From positions 144,212,001 through 144,276,000 of the forward strand of contig OX597818.1 of NCBI GenBank assembly GCA_951406725.2: a stretch of DNA of 64,000 nucleotides, given 5' to 3'. This document shows, one piece after another, positions 26,813-40,658 of the stretch. The first letter of the stretch is position 1, and every line of letters begins with the position of its first letter. The notes under the pieces were generated by a model. That model searched no databases. It saw only the letters and a program-made list of their open reading frames with translations, and was not told the DNA's origin. Made by a program: the position numbers and the translations under genes. The stretch is from Octopus vulgaris. Taxonomy: Eukaryota.

Positions 26813-28627
26813 ATATAACTGTACACACACACACACACTCAAATTAAATGGTTCTTGAATCATTACAAATTTTTATTAAGAGTCTCTTGTTGATGATCAG
26901 AAGCTCACCAACAAAACTCACACTAATGAATTGTGAAAATTCAGTTTTCTTTAAATAATTTATAACCCACTCATATTATTGAATACTCTTTTTCTATCCT
27001 TTATATATTCATACAAACACATGCACAATTTCATTATTAGTGTTAAGTGTAAGAAATAAGAAATATGTACTAAGTAAACAACTTAGTATAGTAGGTAACA
27101 TAGCTGGCAATCAATCACAAATTCTCCAGTTTCAATCTCAGCATTTCCCCACAACTATCATTAGTCAACATGGAGTAAAAGGTTAAAGAAAATTGTCAAC
27201 TGAACATCTCGCTATATCTTCAATGTAACTACATCCATACAATCATTTCATGTCATATCAAAACAATAAAGTATTTCAATTCTTCCCCTCATGAACCTGT
27301 ATGGCTGGCTTTATTTGGCGCCGGTATCATGGCCCTTAGGAAGATGAAGATAAACTTCCCTTTGGAAAGGGCATCTGTCTATTACCTGTAACATTCCCAG
27401 ACACTCTGGTAGCTACTCCAGACAGAATTAAGTCTTCTTCCTAGGGGATCATCAAAGCACATGAAGATTTTAACATAAAAAATTATGAGTTAGAATCCAC
27501 TCATAAAACCCACCTCTAGCATTAAAATCTTTCTGATTTTAATCAGTTTTTTAAAAAATATTTAAAAAAATTTTTTCTTCATAATAATTTTAACAAGAAT
27601 TAGATTTTGCTAATATTACAACAATTTTTCAAATTTGTTTCCATTAAAAAAAAAAGGTCAATACAACTGATAAACAAAATTTTAAAGATTATCAAAATAT
27701 AATTAACTCAACATTTTTTGATTAGATAAACATAACAATTATTAATCAAATAGTTCAGCACATAAAAAAAAAAACCCTTAAATTAAATTCAGGATATAAA
27801 TATTTACAAAACTGTTACAAGTGTTCTGTTCTAAAATTTCCATCTAAAAGTTAATTCCATTTTTGCAAAGAAAGGCTCATATCTTCATTACTTTATCAGA
27901 AATATCATTAATATTACTATATTAGTAGTCAATCATGTACAAGAAGTATATGTTGGTATAGTTTATAAAGCTTGAAATTACTTCCAGAAAGTGGCAAAGG
28001 TTGTAGATACAATGTCTTGTGAGTGACCAGATGTCTATTATGTATTATTATTATTAGAAGCAGAAGAGAGAGAGAGAGAGAGAGAGAGGGGGGAGGGAGA
28101 GGGAGAGCTCCCTATTAGTTCCACATTGTACTTTATTCTAGAATGTACTTTTACTCAAGTAACTAGGTGGATACTATTACATATTTCTTTCAGTGGTGTA
28201 AGAATAAAAGCAAGGAAGAATTCTACTCAAGTCATAATTTATCTGGTTCTCTTTAACATATATTTTCAGATTAACAATTACAACTGGCAAGTTTTTCAAG
28301 ATGTATAAAAAAGAAAAAAAAGAAAAGACTTCCTAACTTATGTTATGTTGACAAGTAATTCATGTGGGTCTCAGCTTTGAATACACTTTAAAAAAGGTAA
28401 AAATGAAGGTAAATAAAGTAATTGTTTCAAGTTCATTTGAAAAATGTAAATCATGAATAAACCCAATGTAAAACTTAATTTTCATGATAAAAATGTAACC
28501 CCTATATTTTTAGATGGCTCACAGTCCTTTTTACTCGTCATCCAAAAGGATTTTTGCAATCCAGAGAAGTGATTTTTCTTTGTTTTGTAATGGCAAGATT
28601 TAAATTCTGAGAGCTGTTAGCCTAATT

Positions 28628-28663
<36 letters not shown>

Positions 28664-28664
28664 A

Positions 28665-28992
28665 TAGAGATGTACTTGCAAAGCAAGTGACTTGATCTGA
28701 GATCGTGTGCTGAAACAAAAACAATTGCAGCATGGAAGATGTTTATAAGCCATTTAAGATCACACACACAAAAAAAAACGTTAGATTCACTTCAACATTT
28801 AAATTTAATTTGTGTAAAAATATTTTCGTTGCTTTGAAACTATGACCAGTTCACTGACAAAACGTTATGCAGCACAAAGTTTTGTCAGTGACAAAAATAT
28901 TTTGACACAAATTAAATTTAAATGCTGAAGTGAATCTAACAGTTTTTGTGTGTTCTTAAATGGCTTATAAACATCTTCCACATTGCAATTGT
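28665..28992. mobile_element. Second copy of the foldback element, inserted in (TA)n
   Basis: Same head (agagatgtacttgca..gatctgagatcgtgtgc) and long inverted arms bounded by acaattgca / tgcaattgt. Confidence 0.82.
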
Positions 28993-28993
28993 G

Positions 28994-29047
<54 letters not shown>

Positions 29048-32000
29048 AAAATAAAAATTAAGTGAATTGCTACAGATCTCATCTACTCTATGTAGATTTG
29101 TCTGAAAACAGAGCATACCAACTAGTTAAACATCAACTCACAACCCATGTGCAAACAAGAGCACTGCCTTATTGACATGTCCACTTCAACTCCACAATTT
29201 AAATATTTTTCTTTACTGTAAAGAAGTATAGAAAAATAGAGGCAAAAAAATAAATCAAAGTATGTTTTTTTGTCATATTCCAGTAGCCAAAAAAATTCTA
29301 ATTTACATAGAGTATGGCACTATGAAAGAAAAGATAGATAGTACTAAGACTTGCTTTGAATATATTTTCTTCAGTGAGAGTTTTCTTTAGAAGAGTACAC
29401 AATATGCAATAATTTTTAGAGAATGATTATTATTAATTCATTACTAAAAAAGTTTTCATTTAATGTTTTTACATTCATTTTCTCACCTTGACACAGTTTA
29501 ACTCCTGCCAATATTTCAAATAATTTTTAAAAGAAATCATTTATATTTATATGGTCTTCCAAACTCCAGTTACACAATACAAAGTGCTTCATTTTCTTTT
29601 TCGGTAATTTAATTAAAACAGTAGGTTTTGATTTAGAAGGAAATACAATGCTTATGGTAGATACTAAAACTATTAGCAATGAGCCAATAACCTAAATTTT
29701 TTAAAATTCAGACATGCATCTCACTAATTACTTTTTATACGATAGCTTGTATTACATATTCCATAAATAATATTTAATTTATTATACAACACAGTATTCA
29801 TCTACAAAATCCTACATACTTCTAGTCATCTAAGAATGATAAGATCTGCAGTAACAGTTAGACTTATGCTTCACTAAGGAGGTCCAATAAGACCAAAATA
29901 TGTCCGGAGTTACCACTGTACTGCTAAAGATCAGAATCACTCCTCACTGCATCTATATTTAGTTAAGATTTTTGGAGTTATCTCCCATGTCCTTTTGATT
30001 AGAGTTCATCGTTTAGAAAATGATTGTTCTCTTTACTAAAGGATGTAATTGTAATTATTTAAAATTTCTTGGCTTACAACATGAAATATGTCAGCACTCC
30101 TTTTACTTATAATACCCATTATGATACATGACTTGGCAGAGATGGAGACATATGAGTTACATAAGTCTTCAAAGACCTGAGGGTTCCATCAGAGCCAGTG
30201 CTTACCATAGGTTTCATGGAGTGCAACTAAGGTGAGAGACCACTACCTTTCTACAGGCAATCAGTCAATCACAGGTAACATTCTCAGTTATCTGGTACAT
30301 AATCCTGTTTGCTAGGTCAACTGTGGTACAGAGTATAGAGCACTTTGCCTAGAAAATTCAGAGTAAAATACCTAGAAAATATGTAAGCTTCACTGAATTT
30401 GCTAAAACATGCTATCCAGTCAATGTGAGGGTTTAGCTATAAAGCATGACAATCCCACAGCAACAATAAACATATTTTAGACTTAATTGTGTTTCTATAA
30501 ATAGTTACAATTTTGCATCAAGATAAATGATTAATAATGCATCACTATGTCAACAATTTTCATGAAAAATATAAAGATTTGTTTGATCAATATAGCATTT
30601 TTGTAAAAACAGAAAAAAATCAGGTTTACTATCCAAAAAGGTTGTTCCATCAATATTTCTCAATGCCAGTATATAGTGTTCAATAAATATTACAGGAAGA
30701 AAAGATATCAGCCTGATGCAGACTGCTGTCAGCTATGAAGATGAGATTATTAATTGAATTTGTTTATCTCTGAACTATTACATTTGCAATAATACATGAA
30801 AATTGGTCTTACTTCTCCACATGACTTGGATAAAAGAAGTAATGTAATTTTGCAGCAAAGTACAGAGATTTTGAAAGGACAGAATGAATCCAGCTGTGAA
30901 CACCATTATTTCTGTTGTCTTTTATAAGATATTAGAGTTAATATTGATTTCTAATTGAGGTACAAGACCAGCAATTTTGGCAGGAGGTGAACTGTCATTT
31001 ATATCAACCCTTGACTGGTACTGTATTTTAATAATCTCAAAAGAATGAACGACCACAGCAGGGTTTGAACACAGAATGTAAAGGGTTAAAACTAAATACT
31101 ACAAAGCACTTTGTCTGATACTCTAACAATACCAATAAATCACCCTTGCTAGGTTAATAATGCAAATTAGTGACAACAGCAATTTCCTGCATTAGTACAC
31201 AGTAGATATGGGGTTTAAGAATGACAATTTTTTTTTGTAGATCCTTTTGCATATAGAAAAAAAAGCAGGAATGCTCATTTTACGTACTGACCACTCCTGT
31301 ATAGAAATTCTGAGCGGTGTCATGAGTAACACCCTCCCTTTCCTCTGGGAGAAGTTAATAAAAGTTGATGACGATACACAATAAATGATTAAATAAACAA
31401 ATTAAAAAATATTAACTAAATAATCTTCAGCTTATTCCTAGGATAAGTAAGGGATACATTTGTGTGTAAATATACACATGTGTGCAAGTGTATTTTTACA
31501 CACATACACACACACACACACTGTTCATTCGTTTCATTTAACACTTTTCCAGACTAGCATCACTTAAATAGAAATACTGAAATATGATTTTTATGGTTGG
31601 CGCACTTCTTGTAAAAGACTGTTACCTGATTTTCAAGTAAGAGATTTTGAAATCCAGAGGAATTTGAAGGCAGAGATAACCAATATTTTTGTTGAGAGGA
31701 AACATCAACAAACTCCATGACTTACAGTGCAACCACAAATGATGATATCTCTGTTTGACACCATCCATACACTCACACATAAAAAAGCTTCTTACAGTTT
31801 CTGTCTATCAAATTTCCTCATAAGGCATTGGTTTCCCTTGGGCTATGGTTGAAGACATTTCCTCAAGGTGTCACATAGTGGGACTGAATCCAAAGCCACA
31901 TGGTTGAGAAGTGAACATGTGTGGGTGTCTCTGTGTGTGTATATAGGTAGGTATTATAGATACAAGCATGTTTCAGTTTATATATGTACCTAATTTATAG

Positions 32001-32455
32001 AAAATAAAAACCCCACATATTGACATAAAAATGGCTTTCTCTCACTAAAGAGATTCAAATAAATGGCCAGAAATGAAATTATTTTAAAAATATAATAAAG
32101 AAAAAAGGACAGTATAAAAGGAATTGAAATGCGTATGCTTAAAGATCAACAATTAATTTATAATAAAAGAAAAATTTTTAATTAATTCCAATAAAAAAAA
32201 ACTGGGTTTATTTTTCATTTCATATTATGAAGTAATAATATACGAATCATAAATTAATAAACCTAAATAAAACAGTAATATAACTCTTAGGTTTCTTTTC
32301 TTAATACAAAACAAAAAAAATCTATAACCCGAACTTCATATCAATAATGAACAAAATACTTTTTGAAGGGTCCCCTGTGCATAGTTTTACCTCACTTTTC
32401 ATTGATTTTATTTAATTTTTAACCAATAAATTTGTGAGAAAAGAATAAACCCAGT

Positions 32456-32711
32456 TTATTTCAAATTCTGTATTTTAAAAACCCAAGCCCATCGGCAGGG
32501 TAACTGGTGAGGATAGACTTTTGGTATTTCAATGATTATATTATTTCCGGATACTGTCCACTTAATATCTCCTTCTTGATATCCAAGCCAAGTAACTAAT
32601 GTGTCTTGAGACGGTTTTGGAACTCCAAGCTCAAGAGAGCCAGAATAGGGTAGTTCAAGAACAATTGCATAAACTATAGGATTACCATTTCCATTTGATT
32701 TCGATGTATAC
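32456..32711 (-). CDS. FUCA: Alpha-L-fucosidase terminal coding exon (C-terminal beta-sandwich)
   Basis: ttttaag acceptor completes the TG|G Trp codon; YTSKSNGNGNPIVYAIVLELP...LPCRWAWVFKIQNLK then TAA; the stop overlaps an AATAAA. Confidence 0.93.
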
Positions 32712-32909
32712 CTTAAAATATATATATAAAAAGGAATAAAAAATATAAAATCAATTTTAAAGAATGTGCGCATAAACTTTATATTATAAACATGTATGTG
32801 TACATTATATATATACATACATATATATACATATATATATGTATTCATATATACATGTGTATATATATATATATATATAAATATACACACACACATATAT
32901 ACATATATT

Positions 32910-33755
32910 TACAAGGTGAGTGAATAAACTGTTGTCTCAATTACACAAAAATTAAAATAACACCGACATCTCATTTTAACAGATATATTTACTAATATTA
33001 CATAGAAATATCCTGAAATACTAAAGAATAAATTTATTCAATAAAATCATTGGCTTCAATCATGGCCTCCAGACGACGTCGCATTCTCCTGCAACTCTTC
33101 TGGATGATATCCTTGTTTAAGTTGGTGAATGCTGCCATAATCCTTGCCTTCATTTCACCGTTGGTGTTACAAGCAGTTTTGTTGGTCTCTCGCTCAACTA
33201 TGCCCCACATATAATAATCAAGGGGTTGCAATCTGGGGAGTTAGGTGACCAGAAGTTAGGGGTGATGTGGTCGCAGAAATTGTCTGACAGCTATGACTGG
33301 GTTCTCTTGCTTGTGTAGCATGGTGCAGAGTCCTGTTGCCAGACATAGGGTCTTCCAGCAGCCACCCTCTTGACCCAGGTCAGCACTAGCTCCTCCAGGC
33401 ATTTGATGTAGGTCTCTGTGTTGAGTCTGAGGCTGTGTGAGAAGATGAATGCAGGTATAACGTTGATGTTGACTGGATGTTTGATTTTTATCACTCTCAG
33501 TTCATGTCCTCAGATTGACACCCAAACACTCTGAAATGTTTGTATTGGAGCTACCCAGAGCAAATGCCAAGCAGTAAAGCATGTCACTTCCAAATTTCTG
33601 GCAGACTGAATTGTGTCATGCTGCTGTTTCTCTCACAGACAAGTGCTCAAATAAACCAACTATATTGTGTAGTCGACAAAATCCAAAACAAACAATGCAC
33701 AAAATTAAATTTGTAAAATGGTGACAATTTACCAATTTACCCATCGCACCCTCTA
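32910..33755 (-). mobile_element. Internally deleted Tc1/mariner-superfamily element in the last fucosidase intron
   Basis: WQQDSAPCYTS and WSPNSPDCNPLDYYMW motifs; TA-flanked degenerate TIRs. Confidence 0.82.
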
Positions 33756-33990
33756 TATATATGTATACATGTGTGTGTGTGTGTATAGGTATATATATAT
33801 ATATACGTACACCTGTGTGTATATGTGTGTATATTTATATATACATACACACAGATGTATGTATATATATGTATACCTATACATACAGATGTATGTATAT
33901 ATATGTATACCTATACACACACACATGTATGTGTATATACATATATATATATATATATAGCACATATAAATTAAAAACAGAACACAAAAA

Positions 33991-34077
33991 GGTACACGTG
34001 TTTCAAGCTTTATAAACAATCCGTTATTACATCAGTGTATTATTGATATAAAAGATGGTTTAAAGCTCTCTTCAGCC
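33991..34077 (-). ncRNA. Minimal type-I hammerhead ribozyme-like motif (Penelope-type, palindromic helix III)
   Basis: GG-CUGAAGA-GAGCUUUA...UAAAGCUU-GAA-ACACGUGU-A-CC; canonical core intact but helix I only about 2 bp. Confidence 0.65.
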
Positions 34078-34313
34078 GCAAACATTGTTGGTCCAAAGAT
34101 TACATCACAAAATAAAAAATATAAATAGTACATGTAGTATTACCCATTATAATAGGTTTATCATATCTCCTTGAAAAAGTGTATTTGTAAAATTTCCTAA
34201 CTGCATAAATGTATAAAGATTCATTGGATTTCGAAAATCTGCCCATATTGTATCACCAATCAGCATAGAGTGAATGTTAAATGGATTGTATATATATATA
34301 TACATATATGTAT

Positions 34314-34701
34314 CATCATCATCATTTAACGTCCGCTTTCCATGCTAGCATGGGTTGGACGATTTGTGTGGAAACTAGAATCTAAACTCTGCTTGCAAAG
34401 ACCTGTTGAGGCAAGTGAAATCGAAATCAAATTTGATGACTGGCATCAGTGCTAGTGGAGCACTAAGTGCACCATCCAAGCATAATCGTTGCCAGAGTGG
34501 CTAACTGGCTTCTGTGCTGGTGGCATGTAAAAGCACCCCCAACATTCTTGGAGTGGTTGGCATTAGGAAGGGTATCCAGCTGTAGAAACTTAGCCAGATC
34601 AAGACTGGAGCCTGGTGCAGCCAGCTGGTTCGCCAGACCTCAATCAAATCGTCCAACCCATGCTAGCATGGAAAGTAGATGTTAAACGATGATGATGATG
34701 A
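34314..34701 (+). mobile_element. RTE 3' UTR fragment with an inverted copy of its tail at the 5' end
   Basis: 34314-34366 is close to the reverse complement of 34646-34701. Confidence 0.8.
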
Positions 34702-34713
34702 TATATACACACA

Positions 34714-34760
<47 letters not shown>

Positions 34761-35312
34761 GTCGTTCACAAAAAATTCAGCGTTTGCAATACTTTTCTCG
34801 TTCGGCGTCAACAGCCCTTCTTATCTTGTTCTCCCTGTCCTGTCTTTTACTGTTATATATATTTTTTTTACTGTTTATATATATATTTTTTTTACTGTTT
34901 ATATTTTTGTACTGTCGTTACTGTCTCATTTTTTTACCATTTTTTTACCATTTTTTACCCCTCTGCGAAAAGATCTCAGAATTTTAATTGATTTGCTTCT
35001 TGTTGAAGATACGTCTCGCTTTTATCCTTCGAAACGTAGAGTAGATGAAACCTTAGCGACTGAAGAAGGAGTTTTTTCGTTGTGTTAACTGTCCTGTACT
35101 CCATTTTTTGTTGTTTTTAAAAAAATGTCCTGTTCCTTTGGTTTGTGTCTATGTTTTCGTTTCTCTATGTGTTCGACGTCCCTTTGGTGTCCTGTACTCA
35201 TATATGCGTGTATATGTACATGTAGAGGTAGGTACGTACATATATGTTTATATATATGCATATGTTTTATTTCTTTTATTAATATATATATATATATATA
35301 TTATGTATATAT

Positions 35313-36110
35313 GATTTGATTTGATTTGATCTAGTTTCCACTCATGAGCCGTGGCCATGCTGGGGCACCGCCATTTCGCATTGTTACATAATTTTACTTT
35401 ACTAATTCTTTTTAAAAATTGAGATTTGGTGCATGAGGGAGCTTGATGCCTCTGTCCTCATCTGTGCCTCCTGGGACATTCGACAGTAAGAGGTCCGGTT
35501 TCATTTTGAAGACACCTACATCCACCCCATGCACATCTGTCAGGTCCTTCAGGGGGATATTGAAGAGCTGTAGCTCCTGAAGCCAAGGCTGTTGCAGTAT
35601 CTTGTCCTATATCTTGATGGCAAATTGGGAGTCCTTGGCATTATGCAGTGGCACCCTGTTCTAATATTTGTGTAACTCTCAATGCCAATGTTTAGGACAA
35701 GTCCCTCCAGGATCTTCCAGATTTATATTATAGCATATCTTACTCGCTTACACTCTAAGGAATAGAGTCTTAATCTCTTGAGTCTTAATCTCTTGAGTCT
35801 TTCCCAGTAACTTATATGCTGCATAGCGGCTAATTTCTTCGTGTAGCTTTGTTGGATTGCCTCAAGTTCTGCAAATAATTTGACAAATATGGTGACCATA
35901 ACTGAGAGCAATAGTCAAAGTGGCTTCAGACAAGTGTCATCCAAAGGACCATCATGGTTTCCTGATCTCTTGTTCTAAAAGTTCTAAGAATCCATCAGGT
36001 CAAACACCTGCATTTCCTTGCCAACTTAGCAACATGCACATGGAAGAATGCATCATTACCCATGTAAATGCCCAGGTCTCACACTGACTGTGTCTCTGAG
36101 ATTGCAATAT
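35313..36110 (-). mobile_element. CR1-clade LINE 3' fragment
   Basis: LEAIQQSYTKK..SYWERLKRLRLYSLE motif; (ATCAA)n tail on the minus strand; same family as 60530-61045. Confidence 0.85.
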
Positions 36111-36377
36111 ATATATAAATGTAACAATTCAGCTAGGTGTAAAAAAACACCTATAGGATACTAAATATCCGAAGAATTTACTGGTTTTTATTACCTATAT
36201 CAATAACAATATCATTTCAATAGGTAAATAAGTAAATAAAATAAACATACAGTTTATTATTATATAAATATAAGAAATGGAAAACAAAACAATAAATTGA
36301 AGAGTTATAAATTCAATTCAATTTAAATATTTTACACAAACAACTGACACATCTCATAAACTACAACTGTTTCCACT

Positions 36378-36992
36378 TCATTAATAAAACATAGTTTTTC
36401 TAGAATAATCAAATCTGTTTAAATATGTAATGATGCTTCATCAGATTGACATATCTCCTTCAAAATTTCACAAAAAATATCAAGTGAAAATATAACTGGA
36501 TATTTCATCATCATCATCATCATCATCGTTTAGCGTTCGTTTTCCATGCTAGCATGGGTTGGACGGTTCTACTGGGGTCTGTGAAGCCAGAAGGCTTCAT
36601 CAGGCCCAGTCAAATCTGGCAGTGTTTCTACGGCTGGATGCCCTTCCTAACGCCAACCACTCCGTGAGTGTAGTGGGTGCTTTTTAAGTGCCACCCGCAC
36701 TGGTGCCAGACAGAGCTGGCAAACGGCCACGAACGGATGGTGCTTTTTATGTGCCACCAGCACGAGGGCCAGGGATTTAAATTTAGGAATTTGTGTAATT
36801 TCAGTTAGATTATTTACTTATTTATGATTAAGCTCACTCTCAAAAAGTGATTTTTGAAAAGCCTTTGCAATTATAAATATTTTCAGTCGATATTTTTCAT
36901 GAAATATTGAAGGAGATATGAGGATCTGATGAAACATCATTACAGATTTAAAATGATTTGATTATTCTTGAAAAACTTTGTTTTGTTAATGT
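36378..36992. repeat. Inverted repeat with about 115-bp arms, split by an RTE tail insertion
   Basis: 36378-36494 is the approximate reverse complement of 36877-36992; both arms contain CTGATGA. Confidence 0.75.
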
Positions 36993-37884
36993 GACACCAT
37001 CACTGACAGTCATTAGGCACCTTGCAAGACAAAAATCCCTCAGGTGAGACAGGGGAGTAGTTTTGAGAGGGTAGTGGGGGCTTTGTGTGAGTTGTGAGAT
37101 TAAAGGCATAGAGGGAGCGAAGGGATATGATATGTGCCTACGCTGCTATCAGGTGAAAGGGGATGAAATGTAGGGGGTAAAATTGGCTGATAAGGCAGAG
37201 ATGATAGAGGTGGGAATGGGTCAGAATCCCTAATGGACGACCATTATCAAAGTGGGTTTAAGATATCAATTCTGCTGTGATGGACAGGTTTTCTTGAGTA
37301 AAGCAAGATGCCAGATATTTTGGTTCTTTGTAAGGTTCAGCATCTTGAAATCATCCTTCAATACTTCATCCTATGTCTTCCTCGGTCTTCCTCTTCTACA
37401 AGTTCCATCCAGTTTAAGTATTTGGCACTTCCTTATGCAACTGTTCTCATCCATTTGCACTTCATGACAAAACCAAAGCTTGTATGTGGAATAATAAATC
37501 ACTCAGACAATCATTCAATCAGTGGAGCTGGTTCCACTCATTGAACAACTGGAACTTATTCTTTCAGTAGGACTGGTTTATCAATGTGATAAAACATAAT
37601 GAATTTGACTTTTCAGTCACTTTATAATAGAGTGATTGGTTTTCCACTCCACAACAGAGTAAAACAAATTTTCTTGTACACATATCACAAGAAAAGTTCT
37701 CTTCTCTGGCCTGGGATTTTCGACATATAATTGAACAAAACTGAATGAAACAAAACAAAACATACGTTTATCAAGTACACCAACAACCATATATGTTAAA
37801 ATAACAATAATTGAACTGTGAAAACTAAAATGTTGATAGAATTACACAAATTCAATTATGAAAGAATGCAATAATTATACAAAC

Positions 37885-38055
37885 CAAACTTGAGGATTTA
37901 GAATATCTTGTTGAGCAATCCATGGTTTGCTACCATAAATAGCTTCACCATTGATTTTAAGCCAGTCTCCAAATTGTTTTAATCTTTCTTGGTAGAGAGG
38001 AATGATGCGGCCATCACTTGTGGGTCCAATGTTCATCAGTAGATTTCCTCCACAA
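37885..38055 (-). CDS. FUCA: Alpha-L-fucosidase exon
   Basis: attcag acceptor, [57 protein letters not shown]; 171 nt; GTTTGT donor. Confidence 0.95.
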
Positions 38056-38394
38056 CTGAATAGAGAGTTGTTTGAGAAAAACAGTCAAGTTGGCATAAGA
38101 AAAGAGATATGCACTAGATATTTCACACTGCATATAAAGAGCTAGACTAGATACTTTAAAGGCTTTTCAATTGGGTTATGTTGAGATTAGAAAACAATTC
38201 ATTTGTTTATTCATTTTTACATCCATTTTCCCATGCTGACATAGATTAGCCACTACCCCTTATTTGTTGTTTAAGTAAGGAGTCTTTTCTCCCATGTATT
38301 TTCAAAAAGCCACCAGGCAATTTGTTAACTGTAAATGACATCACTGGTTGTGGCTCAATGATTTTTGGAGGAGCACAAATTAAAAAAATATACA

Positions 38395-38537
38395 GGCACA
38401 CACATGTGCACATACACAAACACACACACATGTGCACATACACAAACACACACACATGTGCACATACACAAACACACACACATGTGCACATACACAAACA
38501 CACACACATGTGCACATACACAAACACACACACATAC
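38395..38537. repeat. 26-bp minisatellite, about 5 copies, at a SINE tail
   Basis: cacacacatgtgcacatacacaaaca repeated. Confidence 0.9.
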
Positions 38538-39281
38538 AATGAGCTTTGTAGTGTTTCCATAAACCAAATCCACTCACAAAGCAGTCGTTGGTCCAGGGGG
38601 GTTATAGTAGAAAATACTTGCTGAAAATGCCATGCAGTGGGACTGCACCTGAAACTATGCGGTTGTAAAATGAACTGCTTAACCACACGGCCATGCCTGC
38701 ACAATACAACATAGAATAAGATATAGTATAATAAATTCTGCTGTTGCTATCTCAAAAGAGCAAAGCAAATATATTGAAATTTAAGTTGCTAGAACTCAAA
38801 CATTAAACACTGATTGAGAACATTGATTATATGGATATGTGGTAAAGGAAAGTAACAGCATATAATTTTAAGATTTAAAAATATACACAACTTTCTGGTT
38901 ATTTCTGAGTCTTTTGTCTTAGATATTTTGATAAAATAATTCCTATCAAATAGTAACTCTACTCTGTGACGTAGTATGAGCACCAACTGAGAGACTTACC
39001 ATACAACAATTCATGTACACAGAATTTGTCTTATTTTAATGGCTTTGTCAAAGTAGGAAAGGCAGCCTCTATAATCCTTTCCATGATTGCTGAGAATGTT
39101 ATAGAGCAACAAACCATGACTCTCAGATTATCCTTGGTCAAAAGACCTGGTCCAAATGCAGAGTAGACTCTGCTACAGGTATTCCAGAGTCAGGTAGTGG
39201 TATTTTATTAGGTGATTGTTTGATGTAGAATACAAAACAGTACAAAAGAATATCACTTAAGGAACTCGTATAAATACATAC

Positions 39282-39414
39282 CTAACAGTTTTGGCTAAAG
39301 TTTCTGTTAATTCTTCCATTGTAAAATAGTCTTGTTCCTGAGCATTTCGCCGATAACCCCAGGACTCCTTATCAATTGTCATACAATTTTCCCATTTGCG
39401 GGGCTGGATGGTAC
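39282..39414 (-). CDS. FUCA: Alpha-L-fucosidase exon
   Basis: aag acceptor, [45 protein letters not shown] (KWExCxTID, SWGYRR motifs); 133 nt; GTATGT donor. Confidence 0.95.
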
Positions 39415-40084
39415 CTTTGGAGATGAAACTATAAAAGTATGAAATCCTAACCATATAATTTCACATTTAAAGATTTTTTTTTTTGTTATCAAATCAGAGT
39501 TTGCCAAAAGCAAGGCCATGAAGGTTTATGAGGTGCAATAAGTTAAAAAAGGATAAAAAAGAAAATACCTATTTATCCTACATTTAACTAACAAGGCACA
39601 GGCAAAACTGGCAGCTAAAGATTGGGCACAGCCAAAGTAAATTTTGTCATTATATGTTTATTTCAAAATGATATTTAAAAAGTACATCTTTAAATAAATC
39701 CCATTGCCAGACGTGAATGAACTGTATATGTTTGTAAGATACTCATTTGAGAGGAGACATAACCCTCTTTAGGTAAACATTGTTTCAAGGATGAAAGAAA
39801 ACCAAACCAGGGAAGACATAAAAAGACAGTTCCAAATTTTTAATTGCCCATGTAAAGAATCTAATGCTGTGCAACAAAGACACTACCAAAAGAGCTTCCT
39901 CTAAATAATAATAATAATATCACAGTAAACAAGATAGTTTACTGTGTTTGAATCATGCTTGGAACAGAAAAGTACATACAGAAATAAGTTCCTTGTAGGT
40001 TTACAGTGAGAAGGAATATGGATTCAAGCCAATGTAGGGCACCCCTAATCTCCTCAATTTCTATTGATTATTTTTCTTCATATG

Positions 40085-40305
40085 TAAGGTGGCAAGCAGG
40101 TAGAATTATTAACACACCAGGAAAAATGCTTAATGGCATTTTGTCCGTCCTTGCATTCTGAGTTTGAATTCCACCGAGGTTGACTTGGCCTTTCATCCTT
40201 TCGGAGTCAATAAAATAAGTACTAGTTGAGTACTGGGGTCGATGTAATCGACTTAACCCCTCCCCAAAATTTCAGGTCTTGTACCTATAGAAGAAAGGAT
40301 TATCT
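40085..40305 (+). mobile_element. Near full-length tRNA-derived SINE with a Meta-like core
   Basis: B-box-like gagtttgaattcc then gcctttcatcctttcggagtcaataaaataagtac, resembling the MetaSINE central domain; older copy at about 30955-31140 (-). Confidence 0.72.
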
Positions 40306-40658
40306 TCTTCATATGTCATTAATATCTTGTTAGCTTGATTACATTTCGGTGTGCAAAGTGATGATAATCTCAAAGTAAGCCACTCTTGCAGCACAGATTT
40401 AATCCTTCACTTCATTCTTCTTAGCAATGATTAATGGCACAGTCGATAACGCAGAGATTGACACTCATCTAACAGATTTATCTTGACCCACTGCATGAAG
40501 GCAATATCTTCAATGACAACACAACAATATCCTACATGTTTTAGTGAATTTCAATTTAATAAAATAAAAGATAAAGAAAAGGATTTCATAAAAAAAAATT
40601 CAACACTAATTATATGACAATTATGAAAATAGAATTAGAGATTTCCAGAGATTCTTAC

